In this document: positions 53,366 to 64,000 of the stretch, piece by piece
Numbering within the stretch: position 1 is the stretch's first letter
Layout of the letters: the number at the start of each line of letters is the position of its first letter
Assembly: GCA_000004985.1 (NCBI GenBank)
Contig: GG738887.1
DNA: 64,000 nucleotides
DNA from: Naegleria gruberi
Taxonomy: Eukaryota
Reading direction: 5' to 3' (one strand)
The notes under the pieces: model-generated
Told to the model about the DNA's origin: nothing
Database searches by the model: none
The model's input: only the letters and a program-made list of their open reading frames with translations
Program-made: the position numbers and the translations under genes

Positions 53366-56315
53366 ATGCTTCCTTCATCATCCACAAATCAACGCGGAAG
53401 AAACTCTGATGATCATCGGAATATGAAAGGAGGAGGCTCATCAGCAACCTCATCAAATACTAGTAATAATAATGCGTCTGTCTGCAAATTAAAGTTTAAA
53501 AAACCTAATGCTAATCCTTCTTCATCATCATTGGAAAAATCAAACTCTTCTGTACATGTAAATATGGATGATTTATTGAAGAAATTAAACGAGGAACAAC
53601 GAAGAGCTGTTTGTTCCAATAATGATCAAGTGATTGTTATGGCTGGTCCAGGAACAGGTTTGTTTTTATTGGATATTGTTGTGATTTTTAAAATTCGAAA
53701 GGAAAAACCTCGGTTATTACCTATAGGTAGGTGACAATAATTAGTTTGGAATTTTAATAGTATTTGTTTCGGATAGGATCTTTTATCTTGTACATCAATT
53801 GAAAATTAATCCAAAGAATATTTGTGCATTGACCTTCTCAAGACAAGCAGTATGTTTATGATATTTAGTGATAATTTATATTTCCAATATATTCAGGCAA
53901 AGGAAATGAAGCAAAGATCTATGGCTTTGGATGATAATTTAAAGAATGTGACATTTTCTACATTCCATGCCAAAGGTTTATCATTGTTGAAACAGTATAA
54001 ATTAGTGAGGAAATTTAAAATTGCAGACGAAAGGACGATTATGTCAATAATTTCAAGAATATTAGGTAAGTTTTCAAATCATACATTCCATCACATCATT
54101 AGAGGGACTAGAAATTAGTGAGCAATGCACACCAGCAGAAATGAAAGATGCATTAGCTTTTGTTAAGAATGCAGGTATTACACCTGAAACAGTGTCAAAA
54201 TTGAAAAATAAGGACATTAATGTTCCTCTCAGTTTCTTTGTACCATTCTACAAAGAATATGAAGAGACACTCGAAAGAGAAGAAATACTAACACACGAAG
54301 ATTTAATTTTCAAAGTAGTCAAAGCTTTAAAACAAAATCAATCCATCCTTAAAGATGCTTCCCAAAAAATTCAATATCTCCTTGTTGATGAATATCAAGA
54401 CACTAATGATTTGCAATACGAGTTTACAAAATTATTGATACAGCACCATAAGAAAATATTTTGTGTTGGTGATTCGTAAGTAGTAATATTTTACAATATG
54501 ATTGAGATTTGAATTTTTAGAAAGCAAGCAATTTTTGGTTGGAGATTTTCTAATGTACAGAACTTTGTAAATTTAACGAGTGATTTCCCAAATGCAGAAA
54601 CAATTATTCTAAAACAAAACTATAGAAGTACTAGTAATATTTTGGATGCCAGTTTTGACATGTTGTTGAACGCAAAGGATGAAAAACCAAGTGGTGAAAA
54701 GAAAGATATCAAATCAATTATTTTGGACGATTCAAAGTCCAGATTGCTTTCTCAGAAGGGTAGTGGCGCTACTGTTACTCTAAAAGAATTTCTCACTCAC
54801 ACAGAGCAGCTAAATTTTGTTGTGGAGAGTATCAAAAATCATGTAGAAAAGAATGGAGGAAGATATGGCGATTTTGCAATTCTTGCTCGTGTAAATAATT
54901 TACTTCGACCCTATGAAGCTGAATTTGAGAAACACAAAATACCTTGTGAGTCCAATAAGAGTGGATTTACCAATGCAGCTTGGGTTCAAGTCATGTTGAG
55001 CTACTTGGAGACTATTGACTCCATTTCTAGGAATAGCGTGAATGGAACAGCCTTCAGAAAGATTGTAAATATACCAGATAGACGAATTTTCACCGAGACT
55101 GGTACTGCTGTTGTTGATTGCCTCATGAATGGAATTAAACTTGCTGACCTTATAACAATGATAGAAAAGAAACAAAGAATTATGAACTTGAAGATTGGAA
55201 AACAGATAACATTTTTAATTTCTATGGATAGAGAGGAGCATGCCTCAGTGTTGGGATTATTGAGACAAATACAAGAAATGTCAAATTTAATTAATGGAAA
55301 TACTGGCTGTATAAAAGCAGTAATTCAATACATTACAGAATTTGTAGGTTTTGAGGAATATATGAGAGTGCACTACAAACCTTTTGAGAAATGTTGGAAA
55401 GATATTGAAGAACTAATGACAATGTCTGAAAAATCAGATAATTTACAAACCTATTTACAAGAAGTGAACATGATAGAGGAAGGATCAAGAACAGGGGCTG
55501 GGGTTGCCTTGATGACAATGCACTCTTCGAAAGGTCTAGAATTTGAACATGTATTTCTTACAGATTTAATTGATGGAGTTTCTCCGCACTATAAATCAAA
55601 AGGATCTTCAAGGGAAGAGGATGAGGAAAAGAGACTACTATTCGTTGCCATGACAAGAGCCAGATCCAAGATGTATCTCATGACCACTAAGACAAAACAA
55701 AATAATGAGATGATTGAACTAGTGGAACCAACACCTTGGTTAAAGACTCTTCGATTTAAACAATATGTTGACTACCAACCAATTCCAAGAAAGGTAGATA
55801 GAGAAATAGAAGAAGCTGCTGATATAGCAATCTTTTTGAAAAAACATTTGGAATCTATAGCTCCCAAACCTAGTGCCATTGCTAAAGTGGAAGAGGACTT
55901 CAATCTGGAAGATATTGACATTTCTCAAAATCAAACAAGTTCCTCCTCTTCTACAGCACCAATGTTCATGTCTGCTACGAGCTATATGGAAAGTGATATG
56001 TATGAGAATGATGAATTTAAACTGATTGAGGAGGATGAAGAGGAGGTGATATCAAAACCAATTGTTGTGACACCTTCAGTTAAACCAATTATTCAAACTA
56101 AAGATACACAAAGCAAGGCAACAGAGGATGTGTTCGAGTTAGAGGAAGACTCTAATGATGAGTTGGATATTGATTTGGATGATATTATGGATTCCCAAAT
56201 CAATCAAGATGTTGTTGCAAAGACTGACTCGCAACAAATAGAAATATTTGAGGATGAGTTTCAATTTATTGATGAAGAGTCATTTGAAAGTGACAACAAA
56301 AAGCGAAAATTATAG
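53366..56315 (+). CDS. UvrD/PcrA/Srs2-type superfamily-1 DNA helicase, 6 exons including a 25-nt micro-exon. Exons: 53366..53647, 53692..53716, 53777..53849, 53897..54065, 54112..54475, 54521..56315.
   Basis: The spliced N-terminal region reads LNEEQRRAVCSNNDQVIVMAGPGTG|KTSVITY|RIFYLVHQLKINPKNICALTFSRQA|AKEMKQRS...TFHAKGLSLL...IISRIL|EISEQCTPAEMKDAL...LLVDEYQDTNDLQYEF...IFCVGDS|KQAIFGWRFSNVQNF...KQNYRSTSNILDAS... This gives motifs I, Ia, II, III and IV in order. Donors are GTTTGT, GTAGGT, GTATGT, GTAAGT and GTAAGT. Later motifs include MTMHSSKGLEFEHVFL and LLFVAMTRARSK. It has an acidic C-terminal tail. Confidence 0.8.
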
Positions 56316-56419
56316 TCACATTCGTTTCATGTAAATTGATATTTCTATGATTTGAATATTCAAACCATCTGTAATCCTTTCTTCTCCTATTTTGGTGTAA
56401 AATATTCCAATGCACTCAC

Positions 56420-57703
56420 TTAATAAACTTGGAGTCCTCTCTCTTCGAAGAAATCTAAAATTGATGCCACACTTGTGCATTCTGAAAACTCTATAACATC
56501 TGCAGATAAAAATTGATGGTGAGAATAGAGCATAAACATAATATGATGTTGTAAAATATGGAACGGAACTCCTCCTATTTGAATAGCTATTTGTAAATAT
56601 CTTTGAATACACTCAAAAGGTACATAATCATATCCACTGAATAATGCTGGATTAGATAATAATCCACGAGCACTCATTACACCATCACATCCTGTCTCTT
56701 TAGCAAAACGATCTGAATCTCCCAAAGTAAAAATATCACCATTATGCATTACTGGTACGTTTAGGATTTGTTTGATTGTTTTAGGTCCATCTGGATTGAC
56801 TTTGGTATTCTTTGTTCTTTGTTTATGTGTTCTTCCGTGTACAGTAACCCAAGATGCTCCAGCCATTTCAATTTGTCTTGCAAGCTCTATTGTTTTTCTA
56901 AATTCAAGTGTATCATCCTCAGGATGCAATCTTATTTTCACACCAATTGGTCTACTCATTCCAGAAATGAATTTGTTATTGGCCTCATGAACCATATCAA
57001 AAATCTTTTGAGGTTTAGTCACCAAAGCAGCTCCCAAACTTTCTTTCATCACATAAGGTTGTGGGCATCCACAATTCAAATCAATTCCATCACAATAAGG
57101 TGCTGCCAATTGACAAGCTAAACTAAAATCAGTAGGATTATTAGCAGCAAATTGAACCACAAGAGGGCTATCATAATAATGTGTTGTAAAATCCGAATCC
57201 CTGGCTTTTTGTGATTTATGAAAACAATCCGACATTATCATTGGTGTATAAACAACATCACATCCATACTCTCTACACAACAATCGAAAGGCTAATTTAC
57301 TATAACGAACCATTGGTGCTTGTACTTTTAAATAGGTTCCCTTCTCCTTAGCCTCCTTGAACATATTCATCAACGAATGTCGTGGTTTTAATTCATCAAT
57401 ACTAAAGCCTTCCGGTAAATTTTCTCCAACTCTTAATATATTATTATTAATATTATTATTATTATTATTACTATCATCATCATTTAAATTATTCTTATTA
57501 ATAAAAGTATAGTTATTATTAAAATTGGTTGGAAGATGAACACAATTAGTTTCATTAACTAATGATGAAGGTCCTTCGGAATAATCAAAATCGTTTCTGT
57601 CTAATTGGAAAGCACCCAAATCGATGCGGAGGGCGTTATTATGACAGAATTGTGTCTCGGAAATGAATGAATTTTCGTCATCCTGTGTTGGTTGTTGAAG
57701 CAT
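56420..57703 (-). CDS. tRNA-dihydrouridine synthase (Dus family) with an N-terminal Asn-rich region.
   Basis: LKVQAPMVRYSKLAFRLLCREYGCDVVYTPMIMSD...PLVVQFAANNP...IDLNCGCPQ...VKIRL...ASWVTVHGRT. These are FMN-binding TIM-barrel Dus motifs. Confidence 0.85.
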   Translation of the reverse strand: MLQQPTQDDENSFISETQFCHNNALRIDLGAFQLDRNDFDYSEGPSSLVNETNCVHLPTNFNNNYTFINKNNLNDDDSNNNNNNINNNILRVGENLPEGFSIDELKPRHSLMNMFKEAKEKGTYLKVQAPMVRYSKLAFRLLCREYGCDVVYTPMIMSDCFHKSQKARDSDFTTHYYDSPLVVQFAANNPTDFSLACQLAAPYCDGIDLNCGCPQPYVMKESLGAALVTKPQKIFDMVHEANNKFISGMSRPIGVKIRLHPEDDTLEFRKTIELARQIEMAGASWVTVHGRTHKQRTKNTKVNPDGPKTIKQILNVPVMHNGDIFTLGDSDRFAKETGCDGVMSARGLLSNPALFSGYDYVPFECIQRYLQIAIQIGGVPFHILQHHIMFMLYSHHQFLSADVIEFSECTSVASILDFFEERGLQVY

Positions 57704-57776
57704 TTTTTTTTGTGCATGAATGGAATTGCACGCCGTTACAACATTTATTTAATTTAAAAAATATTTAAAAATATTT

Positions 57777-59711
57777 ATGAAACGAATAAAACAAAAGGAC
57801 AAGAAGAGAAAGTTTCTTGATCACTTCGCTTCCAATCATATCCAACCAAGTAAATATCTACTAATCAGTCCAGGTGATGATGAAAATATTAGCAAGGCAC
57901 TTCCGAAGCCTTCAATTGATGATGAAGAAGAAATTCATCATTTTCCAATAGAGCAATATACTGCTCAGCACACCCATCACGGGAGATCATTACTAGATAT
58001 TGGTTCCGATTGTCTCTTGGAAATTATCAAATTTCTCGAATTAGATAATAATTATTCTTCATATATGAGAGTTTGCAAAAGTTTCTCCAGATTGCTAATT
58101 CCCCTCTTTTTGAATCAAACACGTATAATTTATGAAACCAAGGAACATTTGAAGAGTTTGAGAGAGCACATCATTGATAATGACTATAATAATGATGATG
58201 GTAGAGATGGATTGTTTTCTGAATGTGCCACTTGGAAAGTTTCATTGTGTCGTAATGATGATGATGAGGATGAACAGTGGTCTGAGGTTGGAAATGAAGA
58301 TGAGGAACAGTGGTCTGATGATGAGGATGTTTTGGAGGTTAATGATTGTACTTTTCAGAGGAAATTAATACCCTTTGGAAGTCCTTTGTGTAGGGAAACT
58401 ATTAAGGATCAGTTTTGGCTAGTTCAGGATAAGATTGACTTGCAGAGTTATAAGAAACTTGTGGAAAAGGAGCTTAAACTTAACGAGAAGGAACAAGGAC
58501 TGTATGAAATTAATCCATTTGTGTTTCAGGAAAAGATTGATAGAGAGAAAGGAATGATAGAGTCGTATATTAATGATGTTCAAGAATCTATCCATGTTGA
58601 TTGTGGAAATCCTATTTGGCTATCTTATGATGATCCAATATTTACAGATGATGAGAGATTTAACATTTGTCAAATAGAATATCAGCACATTGCCTTTCAT
58701 GCATTGAGAAGTGGTATTTCAAGATTGTCTAAACAAGGAGGTGTATTGCTTTACGAACCAGCTATAATGGAGGATATGTTCTATCAATTGAAAAAGTTTA
58801 TATATTTGATTATTAAGGATGCTTACGAAACTAAATTTCCCAACAAGACAGAAGAATTGCAGTTTGAAGAATCTCTGGAGCAGTACTCTAGGTATTGTAT
58901 AGATCCCAACGACAAAAGTCTTCCTTGTTTTGATGATAATTTGGATACGGATAAGAAATTAAGCGAAAATGATATAATCGCTTCATTTAAGAAAATGACA
59001 GGTAAATCATTTTTATTTGGAAAGGAAAACGATCCCTATGACTTGAATGAATATCAAGTTACTAAGCCAGAAGAGCAAGAGCAAAATATTGTCGCTGAGG
59101 ATGATTCTACAAGTGATTATTCGAGTGAGGATGATTCTGAAGAGGAGCAAGTTAATTCAGATTTTGAAATTTTACAATTTCCAAAACCAATAGATGCGGA
59201 AAACTTTATCGATGATTCCAATATTTTCAATTTTGACTTGGAAAATCTTGGAGATTCACTTCCTGAACTGTTAATGAAAGTTTCCATTCGTGTTCATGAA
59301 GAAGTTTATGGAAAGGAGAGAGCTCACATAGAAAAGTTATACTTGCAGAATTGGTATGGAAATGGTGATTTGTTTTTTATGAACTGTTCAAAGCAATTGG
59401 ATAATCCACAACCTATTGTAGAAGAATCTCAACCTGAGGAATTAGAAAGTATTGATAATTCTGAAATAGTGGATTCTTCGTTGTACATAGCTGAGAATAA
59501 GCAAATTGAAATTGACAAGAAAGAGGACTTGGAGTATTTTGGATATTCTCTTTATGAAGATGACTTTGAAGAATTACCAATTCTGGAGGATGAAGATTCG
59601 GATTTGGAATTACAACAATCTACAGAGGAGGAATCTCTTCGATATCAATTAAGAAGAATGCTTAGAGAGCAATCATACGAGTGTATTGTCAATTATTTCG
59701 AGAAGAGGTAA
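57777..59711 (+). CDS. Acidic hypothetical protein (644 aa).
   Basis: ORF from ATG at 57777 with D/E-rich tracts. No family recognised. Confidence 0.45.
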   Translation: MKRIKQKDKKRKFLDHFASNHIQPSKYLLISPGDDENISKALPKPSIDDEEEIHHFPIEQYTAQHTHHGRSLLDIGSDCLLEIIKFLELDNNYSSYMRVCKSFSRLLIPLFLNQTRIIYETKEHLKSLREHIIDNDYNNDDGRDGLFSECATWKVSLCRNDDDEDEQWSEVGNEDEEQWSDDEDVLEVNDCTFQRKLIPFGSPLCRETIKDQFWLVQDKIDLQSYKKLVEKELKLNEKEQGLYEINPFVFQEKIDREKGMIESYINDVQESIHVDCGNPIWLSYDDPIFTDDERFNICQIEYQHIAFHALRSGISRLSKQGGVLLYEPAIMEDMFYQLKKFIYLIIKDAYETKFPNKTEELQFEESLEQYSRYCIDPNDKSLPCFDDNLDTDKKLSENDIIASFKKMTGKSFLFGKENDPYDLNEYQVTKPEEQEQNIVAEDDSTSDYSSEDDSEEEQVNSDFEILQFPKPIDAENFIDDSNIFNFDLENLGDSLPELLMKVSIRVHEEVYGKERAHIEKLYLQNWYGNGDLFFMNCSKQLDNPQPIVEESQPEELESIDNSEIVDSSLYIAENKQIEIDKKEDLEYFGYSLYEDDFEELPILEDEDSDLELQQSTEEESLRYQLRRMLREQSYECIVNYFEKR

Positions 59712-59773
59712 AAAATTGTTACCACTTTCGAATAATTATTTAATGCAAATTAAAATAATAATTACGTAAAAAA

Positions 59774-60973
59774 ATGAAACGATCTCATCACGAAAAAACG
59801 AATTCGGAAGATGATGATCAACCGGAAGAAGTCAACAACAGTAAAAAACAAGCTATTGATCAAAACTCGGATTCGTATTATAGTATTGGTATGAAATATT
59901 TGGATGGAGTCGAAGTTGAAAAAGATGAAGTCAAAGCCTTTGAATGGTTTATGAAAGGAGCTGAACAAGGATGTATTGAATCACAGAATAGAGTTGGTTT
60001 GCTTTATCATAAAGGAATGGGAGTTCAAAAAGATTATTCTAAATCATTTGAATGGTATTCGAAAGCTGCAGAAAAGGGGGATGCCAAAGCACAGTTCAAT
60101 ATTGGAGCATTGTATAAGAATGGCCAAGGTGTGAAAAAGAATTATTCCAAAGCCGAGGAGTGGTTTCTAAAGGCTGCTGAAAAGGGAAATGAATCTGCAC
60201 ATCGAAATCTACCACCACTATATTACAAAATGAAAGATTATTCAAAATCATTTGAATGGTATTTAAAACTTGCTGAAAAAGGAGATGCCAAAGCTCAATA
60301 CAGTATTGGAAAAGCATACAAAAAAGGTGAAGGAATTGAGAAAGATTATTCAAAGGCCTTTGAATGGTTTTTAAAATCAGCTGAAATTGGAAATGCAGAT
60401 GCACAATTTAATGTTGGAAATGCCTACAAGAAAGGTGAAGGAATTGAAAAAGATATTGTTAAATCGTATGAATGGTTTTTGAAGGCAGCTGAAAATGGTA
60501 ATAGACTAGCACAATGCTGTACTGCAAAACGGTATTTTATTGGAGAAGGAGTAGAAAAAGATAGTTCCAAAGCATTTGAATGGTTTTTGAAAGCTGCAGA
60601 AAATGGTGAAACAGAAGCACAATTTACTGTTGGATCAATGTTTTACAATGGTGAAGGAATCGAAAAAGATATTTCTAAGGCATTCGAATGGTATGTAAAA
60701 GCTGCTGAAAAGGGCCAAATAGAGGCACAATTTTATGTCGGATTAGCATATCATGATGGTGATGGAACAGACCAAGATTATTCGAAATCATTTGAATGGT
60801 TTTTAAAAGCTGCCGAAAGTGGCTATACAGAGGCACAATATTTTGTTGGATTGGCATATGAGCTTGGTACAGGAGTTGAGAAAGATAGTTCTAAAGCATT
60901 TGAATGGTATTTAAAAGCAGCTACAAACGGAAATGAAAAGGCGCAAAATAATATCAATTCATTTTCATTTTAA
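59774..60973 (+). CDS. Sel1-like repeat (SLR/TPR-like) protein, about 10 repeats.
   Basis: Repeats of the form 'D.SKAFEWFLKAAE.G.A.AQ...G..Y..G.GV.KD' (e.g. KAFEWFLKSAEIGNADAQFNVGNAYKKGEGIEKD). Confidence 0.8.
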   Translation: MKRSHHEKTNSEDDDQPEEVNNSKKQAIDQNSDSYYSIGMKYLDGVEVEKDEVKAFEWFMKGAEQGCIESQNRVGLLYHKGMGVQKDYSKSFEWYSKAAEKGDAKAQFNIGALYKNGQGVKKNYSKAEEWFLKAAEKGNESAHRNLPPLYYKMKDYSKSFEWYLKLAEKGDAKAQYSIGKAYKKGEGIEKDYSKAFEWFLKSAEIGNADAQFNVGNAYKKGEGIEKDIVKSYEWFLKAAENGNRLAQCCTAKRYFIGEGVEKDSSKAFEWFLKAAENGETEAQFTVGSMFYNGEGIEKDISKAFEWYVKAAEKGQIEAQFYVGLAYHDGDGTDQDYSKSFEWFLKAAESGYTEAQYFVGLAYELGTGVEKDSSKAFEWYLKAATNGNEKAQNNINSFSF

Positions 60974-61258
60974 TTACTCTTTCATAAATGAGAAAGACGT
61001 AGTAATATTAGTTTGGTTGATGTTAAGGATACGTGCTTAATAGAACTTATATTTGTTTTAAAGATCTAGTATGATTCTCTAACTGTAACCAATTACAACT
61101 AATTGATTTGGGTTCTAATGTTCATATGAGATGGAGATAAATGAGTGATTGTTGACATTAAGGAAAAATTGTTAAATTAGAGGAGCGACTTGACTCGGAC
61201 ATTTTAGGAAGCGAACAATGGATGAGAAGTGAGGAGTCCTTCACACCATCAAAAAAAA

Positions 61259-64000
61259 ATGTGTCGATTTGACAAGTGGCATTTAGTAATTCTTCTTCTT
61301 CTTGTACTTGTATTTTCAGTCCACTGCTTTCAACCAAGCTATAATCTCTCCAAAGTAGCAGGTGGAGGATCAATAATTGGTGATGGCCTTGTCAGTAGTC
61401 AAGTATTACTGTCATCACCTTCAGGGATAATTGTTTCAAACTCTGAAATAATATTCTGTGATACTAACAATCACAGAATACGTAAAATAGACACCAATGG
61501 TGTTGTTTCGACAATTGCAGGTACCGGCAATGCAGGATATTCAGGTTAGTTTCGTGTGATTTCGCTTGGATTCTCAAACGCAAATTTATTGATCAAATTA
61601 GGAGATGGAGCTAATGCATTATTTGCACAGCTAAACTCACCACAAGGAATTGGATTACTTTCGGGTGGTGCAATTATTGTTTCAGATACATTAAATCACC
61701 GTATTCGAAAGATTGAAAATGGGATCATTTCAACAATTGCAGGAACTGGATCACCAGGTTATACAGGTAAGTATTTAGTTTGCACTTTCTTATTGATCTT
61801 TAATCATTCGTCCTAATCCCAAACATTATTCGAAACTAGCCAGTGGAACTGCCACCAGTGCACTTATCAACACACCACTTGGATTGGCAGTTTACAATAA
61901 TGAAGTTTACTTTGCCGATAGTCTAAATCATGTTATTCGAAAGATCTCCTCAAGTGGTTCCATCAGCAATGAACAAGGAGTTGGCGCCACTTCTGGATCT
62001 CAAACTTTACCATTACAGATGAACACACCAACCGGAGTTGTATTTCAATCGGGAACAATGTACATGGCAGATTCAAAGAATTTGAGAGTTTGTTATCCTG
62101 GATTTTTGGGAATTATTAATTGCATTTCAACAAGTAGTGAACCGATTGGTTTGGGAGTTTATAGTGGAGTTGTGTATGCTGCCTTATTAGGGAATGTCAT
62201 TGTGTCCTTGCAGAGTGGAACTCCAATTGTGGCAGGAACTGGAACGAGTGGATTTTCAGGAGATGGAGGAGTGGCAACATCAGCTCTATTGAATGGGCCT
62301 TCTGCATTGACTTTTGATTCGAGTGGAAATATGCTCATTTCAGATTCTTCCAATAATAGAATTAGAAAAGTTACAAATGGAATCATTTCAACATTGGCTG
62401 GAACCAGTAATAGAAACTTTGGAAATGGAGCGGTGGGAACATTGGTTTCATTATCTTCACCAAATAGTGTTTATTATGCTGGAAATGATGATTCAACAGG
62501 TGGTATTTTGATTGCTGACATGAATAATCATGTTTTGAGAAGATTGAAAGATGGAAGAATTTATAATGTGATTGGAAATGTTGGTATCTCAGGAAGCAAT
62601 AGTGGAAATGGAGTGACTGTCAATGCTGCAACTTTAAATTCACCTCCATTTGTAATGAAGAGATTTGGTGATTTGATTTACTTTTTGGACAGTGGTGGGT
62701 GTGCATTGAGGAGAATTGAATCGAGTGGTGTTTTAAAATTGGTGGTTGGAAGTTGTAATTCTGGAAATCAAGATTATTTCCTTTCCAAATCTTTTGACAT
62801 TTCAAGTGATGGAATTATTTATATTGCCGATTATTACAATCATAGAATTGCCAAGTTTGTGATTGGTGGCACGAGTTTGACCACACTTGCTGGAGGTTCT
62901 CTGAAAGGATTTGCAGGTATGTTCATTTAGAATATCATTTCGAATATTTGTGTGAAAATTATAGATGGAGTTGGATCGAATGCCAATTTAAACTATCCTG
63001 ACAGTATTTCCATTGGCTTAAATAACATGCTCTACTTTTCAGATCGTGACAATCATGCCATCAGATCTGTTTCAACAATTAATGCTTTGGTAACAACTAT
63101 TTCAGGAAGTGGAATTGCAGGTTATACGGGAGATGAAGGTCCAGCTATTTATGCGAAGCTCAATTTACCTGGATCGATTGAAGTGGCTCTAAATGGTGAT
63201 ATCATTTTCATGGACAAGGGAAATCAAAGAATTAGAAAGATTACAAAATATGGAAATATTTTTACTTTATATGGAAATGGTTCGACTAGTGTTTTTAATA
63301 ATGCGAATGGGTTGACACTTGGTGGAAGTGGTGAAATTTACATTGCAGACAGTGGTAATAACCTTATCAAAATGTTATCTTCTGCAAAATGCACAAATGG
63401 AACTTTTTACAATTCTTCATCATTCGAATGTCAATGTCCATCTGGTTACTATGGAGAAACCTGTTTAGAATATGATTGTGCAGGAGTGAACAGCAATTCA
63501 TCTCTGGTTTGCTCTGGAAGAGGTACATGTTTCAAGCCAAACACATGCAACTGCTCTGCACCTTACTTTGGTGGATATTGTGAGCAGTACTATTGTAATG
63601 GAGTGAATGTTTTAAATTCGAGTGTTTGTTCCTCGAATGGTCAATGTACAGCTCCAGATAATTGCACTTGTTCATTTGGAACTTTTGGTTTGAATTGTGA
63701 AAATGCGTATTGTCAAGGAATTGTTTCATGGAACGAAACTGTTTGCAATTCGAGAGGTAAATGCATTGGCTATAATAAGTGCACATGTAATGATGGTTTT
63801 TATGGCAATAATTGTGAATTTTATAATTGTTATGGCATTAAGAACACAGACAGCTCAGTGTGTTCTGGAAATGGAATTTGTTCCAAAATTGACAATTGCA
63901 CTTGTTTGGATGGATATTACGGAAATAATTGTTCTGATTTCAATTGTGTTGGAGAGCTATTCACTTCTGGAAAGAATTTGTGCCAAAATAATGGATCATG
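61259..64000 (+). CDS. Second NHL-repeat / tenascin-EGF secreted-protein gene. It is a paralog of the receptor at 323-9024 and is partial, continuing beyond the window. Exons: 61259..61544, 61602..61766, 61840..62916, 62965..>64000.
   Basis: Signal peptide MCRFDKWHLVILLLLVLVFSVHC. NHL units (...DTNNHRIRKIDTNGVVSTIAGTGNAGYSG|GDGANALFAQLNSPQG...). EGF units from about 63380 (CQCPSGYYGETCLEYDCAG...NLCQNNGS). Introns run from GTTAGT, GTAAGT or GTATGT donors to AG acceptors, all phase-consistent. Confidence 0.75.

Noticed and set aside
56316-56612. Minus-strand ORF 56316..56612 overlapping the 3' end of the Dus gene
   Set aside because: It is an alternative frame overlapping the well-supported Dus CDS (56420..57703) and has no motifs.
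1-64000. Prokaryotic-style features (operons, CRISPR arrays, RBS or sigma-70 promoters, defence islands)
   Set aside because: The window is clearly eukaryotic: GT-AG introns interrupt conserved domains, there are signal peptides with EGF arrays, and Pol III genes end in T-run terminators. No direct-repeat/spacer architecture is present.

Overview
This window is eukaryotic nuclear DNA, AT-rich, with the standard genetic code and many short (about 40-120 nt) GT-AG spliceosomal introns; donors are mostly GTAAGT, with GTATGT, GTAATT and GTAGGT also seen. An assembly gap (run of N) shows it is draft sequence. I cannot place the lineage: frequent N/Q/S-rich low-complexity tracts, dispersed 5S genes and short introns would fit an AT-rich protist or early-diverging fungus. 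The window holds about 35 protein-coding genes. Both ends carry paralogous secreted proteins built from NHL-repeat and tenascin-type EGF arrays. The first of these is a giant (>2,800 aa) single-pass receptor kinase with a GPS-like 'HL|S' motif just before its transmembrane helix. Recognisable housekeeping genes include a calpain, PP2C phosphatase, a mitochondrial carrier, RAD54, D-Tyr-tRNA deacylase, Rab1, an ARF-like GTPase, a UvrD/Srs2-type helicase, tRNA-dihydrouridine synthase, a BTB-WD40 protein, a Sel1-repeat protein, F-box/LRR proteins and a C2-domain protein. A Pol III island between 35 and 45 kb contains tRNA-Gly(GCC), tRNA-Asp(GUC) and three dispersed 5S rRNA genes, plus a two-copy interspersed repeat whose internal ~155-bp segment is inverted between copies. 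Findings worth a second look are listed separately below. The largest are an in-frame TAA inside the receptor's kinase domain, a 25-nt micro-exon carrying the helicase Walker-A lysine, a degenerate peroxiredoxin, a C-terminal ubiquitin-like domain ending in Gly-Gly, and a 72-bp tandem LRR array broken by the gap.
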